Source: Acidimicrobiales bacterium (GTDB lineage Bacteria > Actinomycetota > Acidimicrobiia > Acidimicrobiales > JACDCH01). From it: a stretch of 64,000 bases of DNA. Below, one piece after another: positions 20,448 through 29,008 of the stretch. Both the position numbers and the translations under genes were made by a program. Position 1 is the first letter of the stretch, and every line of letters begins with the position of its first letter. The notes under the pieces are model-generated. The model was given only the letters and a program-made list of their open reading frames with translations. It did not search any database and was not told where the DNA came from. The stretch lies in the NCBI GenBank assembly GCA_036493595.1, contig DASXPN010000008.1, positions 12,041 through 76,040 of the forward strand. Direction: 5' to 3'.

Positions 20448-21724
20448 CGCATCGCCTCGCCGTCGACCACGACCGGCTCACCCCACAGGAACGTGTGGCG
20501 GGCGCGGCCGCGCACCGTGCGCCCCGTGTAGGGCGTGTTGCGGCTGCGGCTGGCGAGCTGGGCCGGGTCGACCGTCCACGTCGCGTTCGGGTCGATGACG
20601 CACAGGTTGGCGGGCGCGTGCTCGACGATGGGTCCGCCGTGCGCCGCGGTCATGCCCGCGATCGCGGCGGGTTGCCACGAGAGCAACGCGAGGATCGTGG
20701 CCAGCGGCAGGTCGAGCTCGGTGATGGCGAGTGCGAGCGCCGTCTCGAGGCCGAGCATCCCCGGCGGGGCCTCGTCGAACGGTTGCTCCTTCGCTTCCTG
20801 CGCGTGCGGTGCATGGTCGGTGGCGATGGCGTCGACCGCTCCGTCCGCCAAGCCTGCCTTCACCGCGGCGACATCGGCCGGCGACCGCAACGGCGGATTG
20901 ACCTTGAAGAGGGGGTCGTAGCCGGCGCAGCACTCGTCGGTCAGCGTGAAGTGGTGGGGCGTGACCTCTGCCGTCACGGGCAGCCCGCCGCTCCTGGCCG
21001 CCCGCACCATCGCGATCGCGCCGGCCGTCGACAGGTGTTGGAAGTGAACCGGCGCACCGGTCAGGCGCGACAGCGCGATGTCGCGCATCACCATCAGCTC
21101 CTCGGCTTCGGCCGGGATGCCGGGGATGCCGAGCCTGCTCGACCACTCGCCTTCGTGCATGTGGCCGCCACCGGCGAGCGACTCGTCCTCGCAGTGCTGC
21201 GCGAGCGTCACGCCGAGGCCGGACGCGTACTCGAGGGCGCGGCGCATCAGCCGGTTGTCCTGCACTCCCGTGCCGTCGTCGGTGAAGATGCGCACGCCGA
21301 GGGCCGCCATCTCGGCCATGGGCGCGAGTTGTGCGCCGTGCCGGCCCACCGTGATCGCTCCGGCGACGTGGACGTCGCACAGCGCGGCCTTGCCGAGGTC
21401 GAGCACCTCACGCACGACGGCGGCGCTGTCGATGGCGGGCTCGGTGTTGGGCATCGCGACGACCGCGGTGAAGCCGCCCAGCGCGGCCGCTCGCGAACCG
21501 GTCTCGACGGTCTCGGCCTCCTCGCGTCCGGGCTCGCGCAAGTGCGTGTGAAGGTCGACGAGCCCGGGGGCGACGACACAACCGCCGGCGTCGACCACGC
21601 GATCGGCCGACAGGTCCGGACCGACCGCGGCGATGCGCCCGTCAGCGCCGATGACCACGTCACCACTGCGCTCGCCGGTGGCATCGATGATGCGGCCACC
21701 CTTGATGACGATCGATTCGGGCAT
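20444..21724 (-). CDS. pyrC: dihydroorotase
   Basis: Track ORF 20444..22009(-), trimmed to ATG 21724, forming a TGATG junction with pyrB. Starts [17 protein letters not shown] and has DLHTHLREPG (amidohydrolase HxH). Confidence 0.92.
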   Translation of the reverse strand: MPESIVIKGGRIIDATGERSGDVVIGADGRIAAVGPDLSADRVVDAGGCVVAPGLVDLHTHLREPGREEAETVETGSRAAALGGFTAVVAMPNTEPAIDSAAVVREVLDLGKAALCDVHVAGAITVGRHGAQLAPMAEMAALGVRIFTDDGTGVQDNRLMRRALEYASGLGVTLAQHCEDESLAGGGHMHEGEWSSRLGIPGIPAEAEELMVMRDIALSRLTGAPVHFQHLSTAGAIAMVRAARSGGLPVTAEVTPHHFTLTDECCAGYDPLFKVNPPLRSPADVAAVKAGLADGAVDAIATDHAPHAQEAKEQPFDEAPPGMLGLETALALAITELDLPLATILALLSWQPAAIAGMTAAHGGPIVEHAPANLCVIDPNATWTVDPAQLASRSRNTPYTGRTVRGRARHTFLWGEPVVVDGEAMR

Positions 21725-22644
21725 CAAACGGTCATCCCGCTGCCGAGGAGCAAGAAGAGCACTGCCATGCGCACCGCGACACCGTTGCGCACCTGATCGA
21801 CGACGACCGACCTCGGCAGATCCGCGACCTCGGCCGCGATCTCGACGCCGCGATTCATCGGACCGGGATGCATCACCAGCGTGGACTCGTCGAGCCGGTC
21901 GACGCGGCGCTTCGTGAGTCCGTACCCCGCGGTGTACTCGCGCAACGACGGGATGAGTGCTTCGGTCATTCGCTCGCGTTGCATCCGCAGCAGGTACACG
22001 ACGTCGCACTTGGGCAGCACCGCGTCGAGGTCGTAGCTCACGGACACGGGCCAGCCGTCGAGGCTCGGTGGAAGCAGCGTGCGGGGTGCGACGAGCGTGA
22101 CGTCGGCTCCGAGTGCGCTGAACGCAAGCACGTCACTGCGCGCCACCCGCGAGTGCTTGATGTCGCCGACGATCGCGATGCGCTTGCCTTCCACGTCGCC
22201 GAGATGGCGACGGATCGTGTAGCTGTCGAGCAACGCCTGGGTTGGATGCTCGTGCCATCCATCACCGGCGTTGACCACTGACGCGTCGACCCAGTCCGCG
22301 ACCCGCCACGGCGCGCCCGCGGAAGCGTGGCGCACGACGATGCAGTCGACACCCATCGCCTCGATCGTCTGCACCGTGTCGCGCAGCGACTCGCCCTTCT
22401 TGACCGACGACGTGCTGACGCTGAAGTTCATCGTGTCCGCCGACAGGCGCTTGGCTGCTTGCTCGAAGCTGAGGCGGGTGCGGGTCGAGTCCTCGTAGAA
22501 GAGCCATACGACGGTCTTGCCTCGCAGAGCGGGCACTCTCGGGATCTGGCGCTCGCTCACCTCGACGAACGAATCGGTGAGCCGGAACACCTCCTCGATG
22601 CCGTCGCGGCCACCGAGGTCCTCGACCGAGAGCAGGTGCCTCAC
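21724..22644 (-). CDS. pyrB: aspartate carbamoyltransferase catalytic subunit
   Basis: 306 aa. GTG start in a GTGA overlap with the pyrR stop. Contains STRTRLSFE and HPTQALLD. Confidence 0.95.
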   Translation of the reverse strand: MRHLLSVEDLGGRDGIEEVFRLTDSFVEVSERQIPRVPALRGKTVVWLFYEDSTRTRLSFEQAAKRLSADTMNFSVSTSSVKKGESLRDTVQTIEAMGVDCIVVRHASAGAPWRVADWVDASVVNAGDGWHEHPTQALLDSYTIRRHLGDVEGKRIAIVGDIKHSRVARSDVLAFSALGADVTLVAPRTLLPPSLDGWPVSVSYDLDAVLPKCDVVYLLRMQRERMTEALIPSLREYTAGYGLTKRRVDRLDESTLVMHPGPMNRGVEIAAEVADLPRSVVVDQVRNGVAVRMAVLFLLLGSGMTV

Positions 22645-23141
22645 TTGACCATCTCCCCGAGGTCGACGCCTTCGTCGTTCACGTCGACCACCTCGTCGCG
22701 GCGGGTGGGGAGGTTCTTTCCGACGTAGTCGGGACGGATGGGAAGCTCGCGGTGACCGCGGTCGACCATGACCGCGAGCTGGACGGCTCTCGGACGGCCG
22801 AACGACGTGAGCGCGTCGAGCGCCGCTCGGATGGTGCGGCCAGTGAACAAGACGTCGTCGACGAGGACGACGATCGAACCGTTCAGGTCTCTCGGGATGT
22901 TGGTGACGGCTTCGGGGAGCACCGGCCGCAGGCCGATGTCGTCACGATGGAACGCGACGTCGAGGGTCCCGACTTCGACGGCGACGCTCTCGATCTGCTC
23001 GAGCGCGTCGGCCAACCGGCGGGCCAGCGAGATGCCGCCGGTCTGCAAGCCGACCAGGACGACGTCGCCGAGGCCGTGATTGCGCTCGATGATCTCGTGG
23101 GCCATCCGCCACACGGCGCGGTTGACGTCGTCGGCCTCCAT
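22641..23141 (-). CDS. pyrR: bifunctional pyrimidine operon regulator / uracil phosphoribosyltransferase PyrR
   Basis: Track ORF 22641..23207(-), trimmed to ATG 23141, because the upstream extension would translate through a terminator hairpin. Contains [21 protein letters not shown] (PRPP motif) and [18 protein letters not shown]. Confidence 0.9.
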   Translation of the reverse strand: MEADDVNRAVWRMAHEIIERNHGLGDVVLVGLQTGGISLARRLADALEQIESVAVEVGTLDVAFHRDDIGLRPVLPEAVTNIPRDLNGSIVVLVDDVLFTGRTIRAALDALTSFGRPRAVQLAVMVDRGHRELPIRPDYVGKNLPTRRDEVVDVNDEGVDLGEMVK

Positions 23142-23153
23142 GACCCGGCTCCG

Positions 23154-23184
23154 GGCAACAAAAACGCCCCCATAAGGGGGCGTT
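23154..23184 (-). terminator. intrinsic terminator / attenuator hairpin in the pyr leader
   Basis: Minus-strand RNA AACGCCCCC-UUAU-GGGGGCGUU followed by UUUGUUG. The stem is 23163..23171 / 23176..23184. It lies 13 nt upstream of the pyrR ATG and downstream of the GNAT gene. Confidence 0.75.
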
Positions 23185-23225
23185 GAACGTCGTTCGCGTT
23201 CGGCCAACTCGCAGCTCCTGTCCGT

Positions 23226-23245
23226 GCGGGCCTCGCAGGACCCGC
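23226..23245 (-). promoter_or_regulatory. candidate PyrR-binding stem-loop
   Basis: Minus-strand RNA GCGGG-UCCUGCGAGG-CCCGC. The loop core UCCUGCGAGGC matches the B. subtilis PyrR binding-loop core UCCAGAGAGGC at 9 of 11 positions. It lies about 40 nt upstream of the terminator. Confidence 0.55.
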
Positions 23246-23280
23246 TTCACGGTCAGGTTTGGAGGGTAGCAGGACAGCGG

Positions 23281-23766
23281 CTACTGCTTGATGCGTAATC
23301 GAAGGTTGTTGGATTCGGCGACCCAGATCGAGGCGGGGTTGTCCGGGTCGACTTCGGCGAAGAGGTCGGTGAAGGCGAGGTCGTCGCGCAGCCATGCCGC
23401 GAACAGCCCGACGGCGCGGGTGGCGACGTGGCGTCGGCGATGAGCGGCGCTCACCCACCAGCCGAGCTCGGCCCTCGACGGCCCGCCGGCCAAGGGCACC
23501 ATCCCCACCTCGCCGAGCACGGTCGTGTCGGTGGCGTCCGACGGCGAGATCACGAGGTCGAGCGCCAACCCGCGTTCGCGACGTAATTCCTCGGCCGCGA
23601 TCCAACGGAGAGCATCGGCCTCGCCGCGTCGCGGCGGGACGCGCGTCCAGCGCTGGATCTCCTTGTCCGCCCACGCGTCGACCAGCGCCTCCACGTCGTG
23701 CGCGCGCCATGGACGCAAGCGGATGGCATCGTCGGCCAAGGGCGGATCCGGCAGGGGGAGCGGCAT
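23281..23766 (-). CDS. GNAT family N-acetyltransferase (RimJ/RimL-like)
   Basis: 161 aa. Starts IRLRPWRAHDVEALVDAWADKEI, typical of the Acetyltransf_3 N-terminus, and has a later HRRRHVATRAV acetyl-CoA loop. Confidence 0.65.
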   Translation of the reverse strand: MPLPLPDPPLADDAIRLRPWRAHDVEALVDAWADKEIQRWTRVPPRRGEADALRWIAAEELRRERGLALDLVISPSDATDTTVLGEVGMVPLAGGPSRAELGWWVSAAHRRRHVATRAVGLFAAWLRDDLAFTDLFAEVDPDNPASIWVAESNNLRLRIKQ

Positions 23767-23770
23767 ACGG

Positions 23771-24391
23771 TCAGAGCAAGCCTGTCCGCTCGAGCAGCGA
23801 TCGCAACTCGCGCGCGCCGGTGAACGGCTCAGCTTGCATCCCCGCGGCGCGGGCGCCTTCGACGTTCGGAATGGTGTCGTCGACGAACAAGCACCGCTCG
23901 GGTGCCGCTGCCAGCGCGGCGGCGACCGAACGGAACGCGTCGGTGTGGGGCTTCGCGACGCCGAGCCGGGCGGAGTTGAAGATCACGTCGAAGGCGTCGC
24001 CGAGCCCGCACGACTCGAGGTCGGCTTCGAGCCGGGTGCTCGCGTTGCTGAACAGCGCGACCCGTGCTCGTCCTGACGCGCGCACCTCGCGCACCAACGC
24101 GACGACCTCGTCGTCGATCGACCACGTGAGTGCCGCGAACGCGGCGGCCACCGCGGCCGGGTCCGCGCCCTGACGGGCGCCGACTCGTTGTCCGATCTCG
24201 TGGTCCCATGCCTCCGCGGTCAGCGCGCCGGTCATTGCCGCCGTCAATAGCTGGGGATCGAACACCACCGCGCCGAAGTCCGACGCCGTCATGCCGAACG
24301 ACGCGGCAGTCGCGGCGAAGTGGTCTTGGTCCCAGTGACGCACCACGCCGTCGAGATCGAGGATCAGCGCGTCAATCATCGGACGCGTCAT
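23771..24391 (-). CDS. HAD family hydrolase
   Basis: Track ORF 23771..24436(-). HAD motif I is LILDLDGVV, with a later FVDDT motif. The start is ATG 24391 or ATG 24379; both overlap the nusB 3' end. Confidence 0.7.
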   Translation of the reverse strand: MTRPMIDALILDLDGVVRHWDQDHFAATAASFGMTASDFGAVVFDPQLLTAAMTGALTAEAWDHEIGQRVGARQGADPAAVAAAFAALTWSIDDEVVALVREVRASGRARVALFSNASTRLEADLESCGLGDAFDVIFNSARLGVAKPHTDAFRSVAAALAAAPERCLFVDDTIPNVEGARAAGMQAEPFTGARELRSLLERTGLL

Positions 24392-24803
24392 CGGGCGCCG
24401 CTTCGGGTGCGGCCGCGGGACGGGTCTGCTTCGCAACCGCGGACAGCACGCCGTTCACGAACCGGCCCGACTCGTCCGTCGAGAACTGCTGTGCGAGCTC
24501 GACCGCTTCGGAGATGGCGACGGCCACCGGCACGTCCGGTTGATGCAACAACTCGAACGTGGCGAGACGCAGCAGCGCGCGATCCACTGCGGGCATCCGT
24601 TCGAGCGTCCAACCCTTCGAGTTGGCGCGGAGCAGCCCGTCGATGGTGTCACGGTCGCCGTCCACCCCGTTGGCCAGCGTGGTGGCATACGGATCAGGCG
24701 CGGCGGGCAGGTCGTCGACGATCGCGGCACAGGTCGTGCGCTTCGCCTCTGCCTCGTACAGCAACTCGAGCGCACGCTCCCGCGCTTCGCGACGGCCTTG
24801 CAC
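24372..24803 (-). CDS. nusB: transcription antitermination factor NusB
   Basis: 143 aa. Contains REARERALELLYEAE...VDRALLRLATFELL...ISEAVELAQQFSTDESGRFVNGVL. Confidence 0.9.
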   Translation of the reverse strand: MQGRREARERALELLYEAEAKRTTCAAIVDDLPAAPDPYATTLANGVDGDRDTIDGLLRANSKGWTLERMPAVDRALLRLATFELLHQPDVPVAVAISEAVELAQQFSTDESGRFVNGVLSAVAKQTRPAAAPEAAPDDASDD

Positions 24804-24823
24804 GGCGCGGGTGTCCTCGCTGC

Positions 24824-25384
24824 CTAGGCCCGGGTGATGTATTCGCTCGAGCGGGTGTCGACCTTGAGCTTGTCGCCCGTGTTCACGAACAGCGGCACCT
24901 GCACGACGAGCCCGGTCTCGAGCGTGGCCGGCTTGCGGGCGCCCGACACGCGGTCGCCCTGGATGCCGGGCTCCGTGTCGCGCACCGTGAGCTCGACGGC
25001 CGCGGGCAGGTCGACACCGACGATCTCGTCGCCGTAGGTCTGCAGCACGACGGTCGAGCCGTCGACGATGAAGTTGGCGGCATCACCGAGTGCCTCGGGA
25101 CGCACGTTGCGCTGCTCGTAGCTGGCGTTGTCCATGAACACGAAGTCGGTGCCGTCGCGGTAGAGGAACTGCATGTCGCGCTTGTCGATGACGGCTTGCT
25201 CGACCTTCTCGGCGGCGCGGAACGTGCGATCGATCACCGCGCCGGTCCGCACGTTCTTCAACGTGGTGCGGACGAACGCCCCGCCCTTGCCCGGCTTGAC
25301 GTGCTGGAAGTCGACGACGTTGAACAGACCCTCGGAAAGGTTGAGGGTCATGCCGTTCTTCAGGTCGTTGGTGGTGATGGCCAT
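24824..25384 (-). CDS. efp: elongation factor P
   Basis: Track ORF 24824..25429(-), trimmed to ATG 25384 (MAITTNDLKNGMTLNL...VVDFQHVKPGKGGAFVRTTLKNV). Confidence 0.93.
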   Translation of the reverse strand: MAITTNDLKNGMTLNLSEGLFNVVDFQHVKPGKGGAFVRTTLKNVRTGAVIDRTFRAAEKVEQAVIDKRDMQFLYRDGTDFVFMDNASYEQRNVRPEALGDAANFIVDGSTVVLQTYGDEIVGVDLPAAVELTVRDTEPGIQGDRVSGARKPATLETGLVVQVPLFVNTGDKLKVDTRSSEYITRA

Positions 25385-26511
25385 GTGCGGAGGTCCCGGT
25401 CCTTGGATGCGTGGGTCAGGGGGCGGCAACCGTCAGCCGTCACGACGACGGTGTCCTCGATGCGGACGCCACCATGCTCGGGAAGGTACACACCAGGCTC
25501 GACGGTGACGACGTGGCCGGGGGCGAGCGTAGCAGTGGAGGCCCACGAAACCCTCGGGTCCTCGTGGATCTCGAGGCCCACTCCATGGCCGGTGCCGTGC
25601 GAGAACTCGTCGCCCCAACCCGCGTCGCGGATGACCGACCGGCACGCCTCGTCGATCTGTGCAGCGGTCGCGCCCGCGCGCACGGCGTCGACGCCTGCCT
25701 GTTGCGATGCGCCCACGACATCGAGCATCCGCTCTTGCGTGGGCGAGAGCCGACCGGTCGCGATCGTTCGGGTCATGTCGGAGCAGTAGCCGTCCACCAG
25801 CGCGCCGTAATCGATCACGACCAACTCGTCGGGGCCGACGGTGCGCGAAGACGATGCGGCGCGGTGGTGGGGCTTGGCGCCGTTCGGCCCGGAGCCGACG
25901 ATGGTGTCGAAACTGGTGCCTTCCGCTCCGAGCCGGCGGATCTCGGTGTCGATGGCGAGCCCGAGCTCGTGCTCGGTCGGGTGCTCGTCGAGGAGATCCC
26001 TGACGTTCGTGAGGGCTGCCGTCGCGACGGTCGCCGCCGCCTCGATGCGAGCGACCTCGCCGTCGTCCTTCACGATCCGCAGCGACTCGACGAGTCCCTC
26101 GGTCGCGACGAGCTCCTTGACGCCGCTCAGGTGGCTGCTCGCCATCGCTCGCTGATCGGCCCATGTCACGGCGTGGGCTTCCAGCCCGAGGCGCAGGCCA
26201 GGCGTTGCCGCCGCGAGGATCTCGTACTGGCGTCCCATCGTGAGGCCGATGTGGACCTCGGCCTCGACCCCCGCGGCCGCCAGTTGCTCCGAGGCCTGGT
26301 CGCGATAGCGACCGTCGGTGACGAACAGCAGGTGATCGTCGAGGACGAGCAACATCGCGGCCGAGCCGGTGAAGCCCGTGAGATAGCGGATGTTGACGAG
26401 CTTGGTGACGAGCAGCGCGTCACAGGCGTGGTCGCCCTCGTCGAGCCGGGGGCGCACGCGGCCGGCGCGCGCGGCGATGTCGACCGGCGGGAGTTGCGCG
26501 AGATCGATCAC
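25360..26511 (-). CDS. pepQ: M24 family Xaa-Pro aminopeptidase/dipeptidase
   Basis: 383 aa. Creatinase-like N-terminal domain plus M24 metal ligands (DYGALVDGYCSDMTRT, HGTGHGVGLEIHE, VEPGVY). The efp-pepQ-aroQ synteny matches mycobacteria. Confidence 0.8.
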   Translation of the reverse strand: MIDLAQLPPVDIAARAGRVRPRLDEGDHACDALLVTKLVNIRYLTGFTGSAAMLLVLDDHLLFVTDGRYRDQASEQLAAAGVEAEVHIGLTMGRQYEILAAATPGLRLGLEAHAVTWADQRAMASSHLSGVKELVATEGLVESLRIVKDDGEVARIEAAATVATAALTNVRDLLDEHPTEHELGLAIDTEIRRLGAEGTSFDTIVGSGPNGAKPHHRAASSSRTVGPDELVVIDYGALVDGYCSDMTRTIATGRLSPTQERMLDVVGASQQAGVDAVRAGATAAQIDEACRSVIRDAGWGDEFSHGTGHGVGLEIHEDPRVSWASTATLAPGHVVTVEPGVYLPEHGGVRIEDTVVVTADGCRPLTHASKDRDLRTWPSPPTT

Positions 26512-26518
26512 CGGTCGA

Positions 26519-26956
26519 TCACCGGCTGAGCAACTCTGCGATCGCTTCGGCCGCCAGTCGGTAGCCGAAGCCCCCGAAGCCTTGGATCACGCCGGTGGCC
26601 ACGGGCCCGATGACCGACGTGCGCCGCCACTCCTCCCGGGCATTGGGGTTGGAGATGTGCAACTCGATGACGGGACCGTCGAAGGAGGCAAGCGCGTCGT
26701 GGATGGACCATGCGTAGTGCCCGAACGCGCCCGGGTTGATGACGATGGACCGGTGCGAGTCGCGGGCGGCGTGGATGGCGTCGACGATGTCACCCTCGTG
26801 GTTGGACTGAAGATGCTCGACGGTGAGCCCCGCGTCCTTCGCGGTCTCGATGAAGGTGGCGACGTGGTCGTCGAGCGTCGCGGTGCCGTAGACGTCCGGC
26901 TCGCGTTGGCCGAGCAGGTTCAGGTTGGGACCACTCAACAACAGGACGTCACTCAC
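26519..26956 (-). CDS. aroQ: type II 3-dehydroquinate dehydratase
   Basis: 145 aa. Contains LLLSGPNLNLLGQREPDVYG...QSNHEGDIVDAIH...INPGAFGHYSW-like...HISN. Confidence 0.93.
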   Translation of the reverse strand: MSDVLLLSGPNLNLLGQREPDVYGTATLDDHVATFIETAKDAGLTVEHLQSNHEGDIVDAIHAARDSHRSIVINPGAFGHYAWSIHDALASFDGPVIELHISNPNAREEWRRTSVIGPVATGVIQGFGGFGYRLAAEAIAELLSR

Positions 26957-26966
26957 GCCGTCTCGC

Positions 26967-27971
26967 TCATCTCGTCATCCTCGCGAATGCCTGCTCGATG
27001 GCGGCGCGATCGACGCCCGCCACCATCTCGAGTCCGTCCGGACCGTCGAGCACGAACGTGATGCCGTCGACCGCTTTCTTGTCGCGCGCGAACAACTCGA
27101 TCAGCTCGACCGGATTCATGTCCGGCGGGAACGTCGTCGGCAGGTCGTACGACGCGACCACTCGGCGATGCTCCCCCACGCGCTCGTCGTCGATGCGATC
27201 GAGGACACGCGCCAGCTCGGCGGCGAAGACGAGGCCGATGCCGACGGCCTCGCCGTGGCGCAGGTCGTAGCTGCCGACGGTCTCGAGCGCGTGCGCAAGG
27301 GTGTGGCCGTAGTTGAGCAGCGCCCGCCCGCCTGACTCGCGCTCGTCCGCCGCCACCACTGCCGCCTTGATGCGGACGCACTCGGCGATGCGTTCGTCGA
27401 GCGGAAGGTTCATCAGGTCCTCGCCCCCGAGGAAGTGGTACTTCGCAATCTCTCCCATGCCGCTGCGCAGCTCGCGGGGCGGCAACGTGTCGAGTGCGTC
27501 CGTGTCGCACAGCACCGCGCTCGGTTGCCAGAACGCGCCGACGAGGTTCTTGCCTTCGGGAAGGTTGACGCCGGTCTTACCGCCGATGGCGGCGTCGACC
27601 ATGCCGAGCAGCGTGGTCGGCACGTGCAGCACCGCGACGCCGCGGTGGTAGACCGCGGCCGCGAAGCCGGCCGTGTCGGTGACGACTCCCCCGCCGACCG
27701 AGATCACGGCGTCGACTCGGGTGAGACTCCACCGCGTCCACGAGCTACAGAGCGCCTCGACGGTGGCCATCGATTTCGCCGCTTCACCGTCGGGGATGAA
27801 GAACGTCTCGTGTTCGACGCCGGGGTGCACGGTGAAGCCCACTGCCTGCTGGGTCACGATCGCCACTCGCTTCGCCGACGCAGGTAGGACGGACGGCAGC
27901 CAGTCGCGCGCCCCCGCGCCGACCAGCACGTCATAGGACCGGTCCTCGAGACCGACGTGCACCGTGATCAT
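26967..27971 (-). CDS. aroB: 3-dehydroquinate synthase
   Basis: Track ORF 26967..28727(-), trimmed to ATG 27971, forming an ATGA overlap with the aroK stop. Contains GGGVVTDTAGFAAAVYHRGV...VDAAIGGKTGVN...LNYGHTLAHALE. Confidence 0.92.
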   Translation of the reverse strand: MITVHVGLEDRSYDVLVGAGARDWLPSVLPASAKRVAIVTQQAVGFTVHPGVEHETFFIPDGEAAKSMATVEALCSSWTRWSLTRVDAVISVGGGVVTDTAGFAAAVYHRGVAVLHVPTTLLGMVDAAIGGKTGVNLPEGKNLVGAFWQPSAVLCDTDALDTLPPRELRSGMGEIAKYHFLGGEDLMNLPLDERIAECVRIKAAVVAADERESGGRALLNYGHTLAHALETVGSYDLRHGEAVGIGLVFAAELARVLDRIDDERVGEHRRVVASYDLPTTFPPDMNPVELIELFARDKKAVDGITFVLDGPDGLEMVAGVDRAAIEQAFARMTR

Positions 27972-29008
27972 CCGGCGAGGGCCTTGTCGGCGACTTCTTC
28001 GGCAGTGAGCTCGTCGACGTCGATGATCGTCGTCGCGACCTCGCGGTAGAGCGGCGCTCGCCGCGCGACCACGTCGGGATCGACATGGGGACGGTAGGTG
28101 CCGTGCGCGCTGCGTCGTGCCAGCACGTCGGCATCGGCCCGGAGCCATACGACCTGTCGCGCCGTGTGCAGCACCAGACGGCCGACTGAGGAGTCGACCA
28201 CGCTCGCCGCGCTCCCGATCACCGACGGCTGTGCGTCCGCCACGGCATCCCGCACGACCGACAGCTCCACGTCGTGCAGCGCGGGAAGCCCGTCGGCTTC
28301 CGCGATCTCGCGGGCCGTACGACCGCAACGCTGCTCGATCACTTCGTCGCTGTCGACATAGGGCCGGCCCGTCCTCGAGGCGACGACCTTCCCGACCGTC
28401 GACTTGCCGGAACCCATCGCGCCGACGAGCACGATGTGATCGCCCGTCCTTGCTGCCTGGCGCAGCTTTGTCATGTCGGTGACGACGTCGGCGAGACGAG
28501 CTTTGGCTTGTGGCTTGGGTTCGTCGCGCAGGGCCGGCTGAACGTCGATCGTCGCGTCGACCACCGCCTCGAACCACGGCCCACGCTCGATGGACAGTCG
28601 TGTCATCGTCGCCGCGGGGTCGTCGTCGAGCAGTGGACGGTGCACCTTGCCCGCCGCTCGCGACGCGAGGAACGCGGGTTGCGCCGTCAGCCATACGACG
28701 AACACATCGGGCTCGACAAGCCGGCAACGCGTTCGTTCCGTCACGACGGCACCGCCGCCGGCGGCGACCACCGTGGGGGGTTCGGCCGACAGCACATCGG
28801 CCACCACGTCCGCTTCGTACTCGCGGAAGCGAGGCTCGCCCTCGAGCGCGAACACCTCGCGCACGCTGCGACCGGCGCGCTCCTCGATCACCGCGTCGGT
28901 GTCGAGGAAGGGCATCGACAACCGTTGCGCGGCGAGCCGTCCGATCGAGGTCTTGCCGGTGCCGGAGAGGCCGACGAGCACCACGTGCGGGTGAGCCTGG
29001 TCAGCCAT
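27968..29008 (-). CDS. aroK: tandem shikimate kinase fusion (canonical AroK module + degenerate AroK-like module)
   Basis: 346 aa. Module 1 (aa 1-160): GLSGTGKTS, DTD, GGGAV. Module 2 (aa 190-346): GAMGSGKST, DSD, but SAAS in place of GGG. See the finding for this gene. Confidence 0.85.
   Translation of the reverse strand: MADQAHPHVVLVGLSGTGKTSIGRLAAQRLSMPFLDTDAVIEERAGRSVREVFALEGEPRFREYEADVVADVLSAEPPTVVAAGGGAVVTERTRCRLVEPDVFVVWLTAQPAFLASRAAGKVHRPLLDDDPAATMTRLSIERGPWFEAVVDATIDVQPALRDEPKPQAKARLADVVTDMTKLRQAARTGDHIVLVGAMGSGKSTVGKVVASRTGRPYVDSDEVIEQRCGRTAREIAEADGLPALHDVELSVVRDAVADAQPSVIGSAASVVDSSVGRLVLHTARQVVWLRADADVLARRSAHGTYRPHVDPDVVARRAPLYREVATTIIDVDELTAEEVADKALAG

Noticed and set aside
23142-23207. 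The upstream ATG at 23207 as the pyrR start (188-aa version).
   Set aside because: That extension (MAERERRSTPPYGGVFVARSRV) would be translated through the terminator hairpin and T-tract, and it has no counterpart in PyrR homologues. ATG 23141 with an upstream GGAG fits better.
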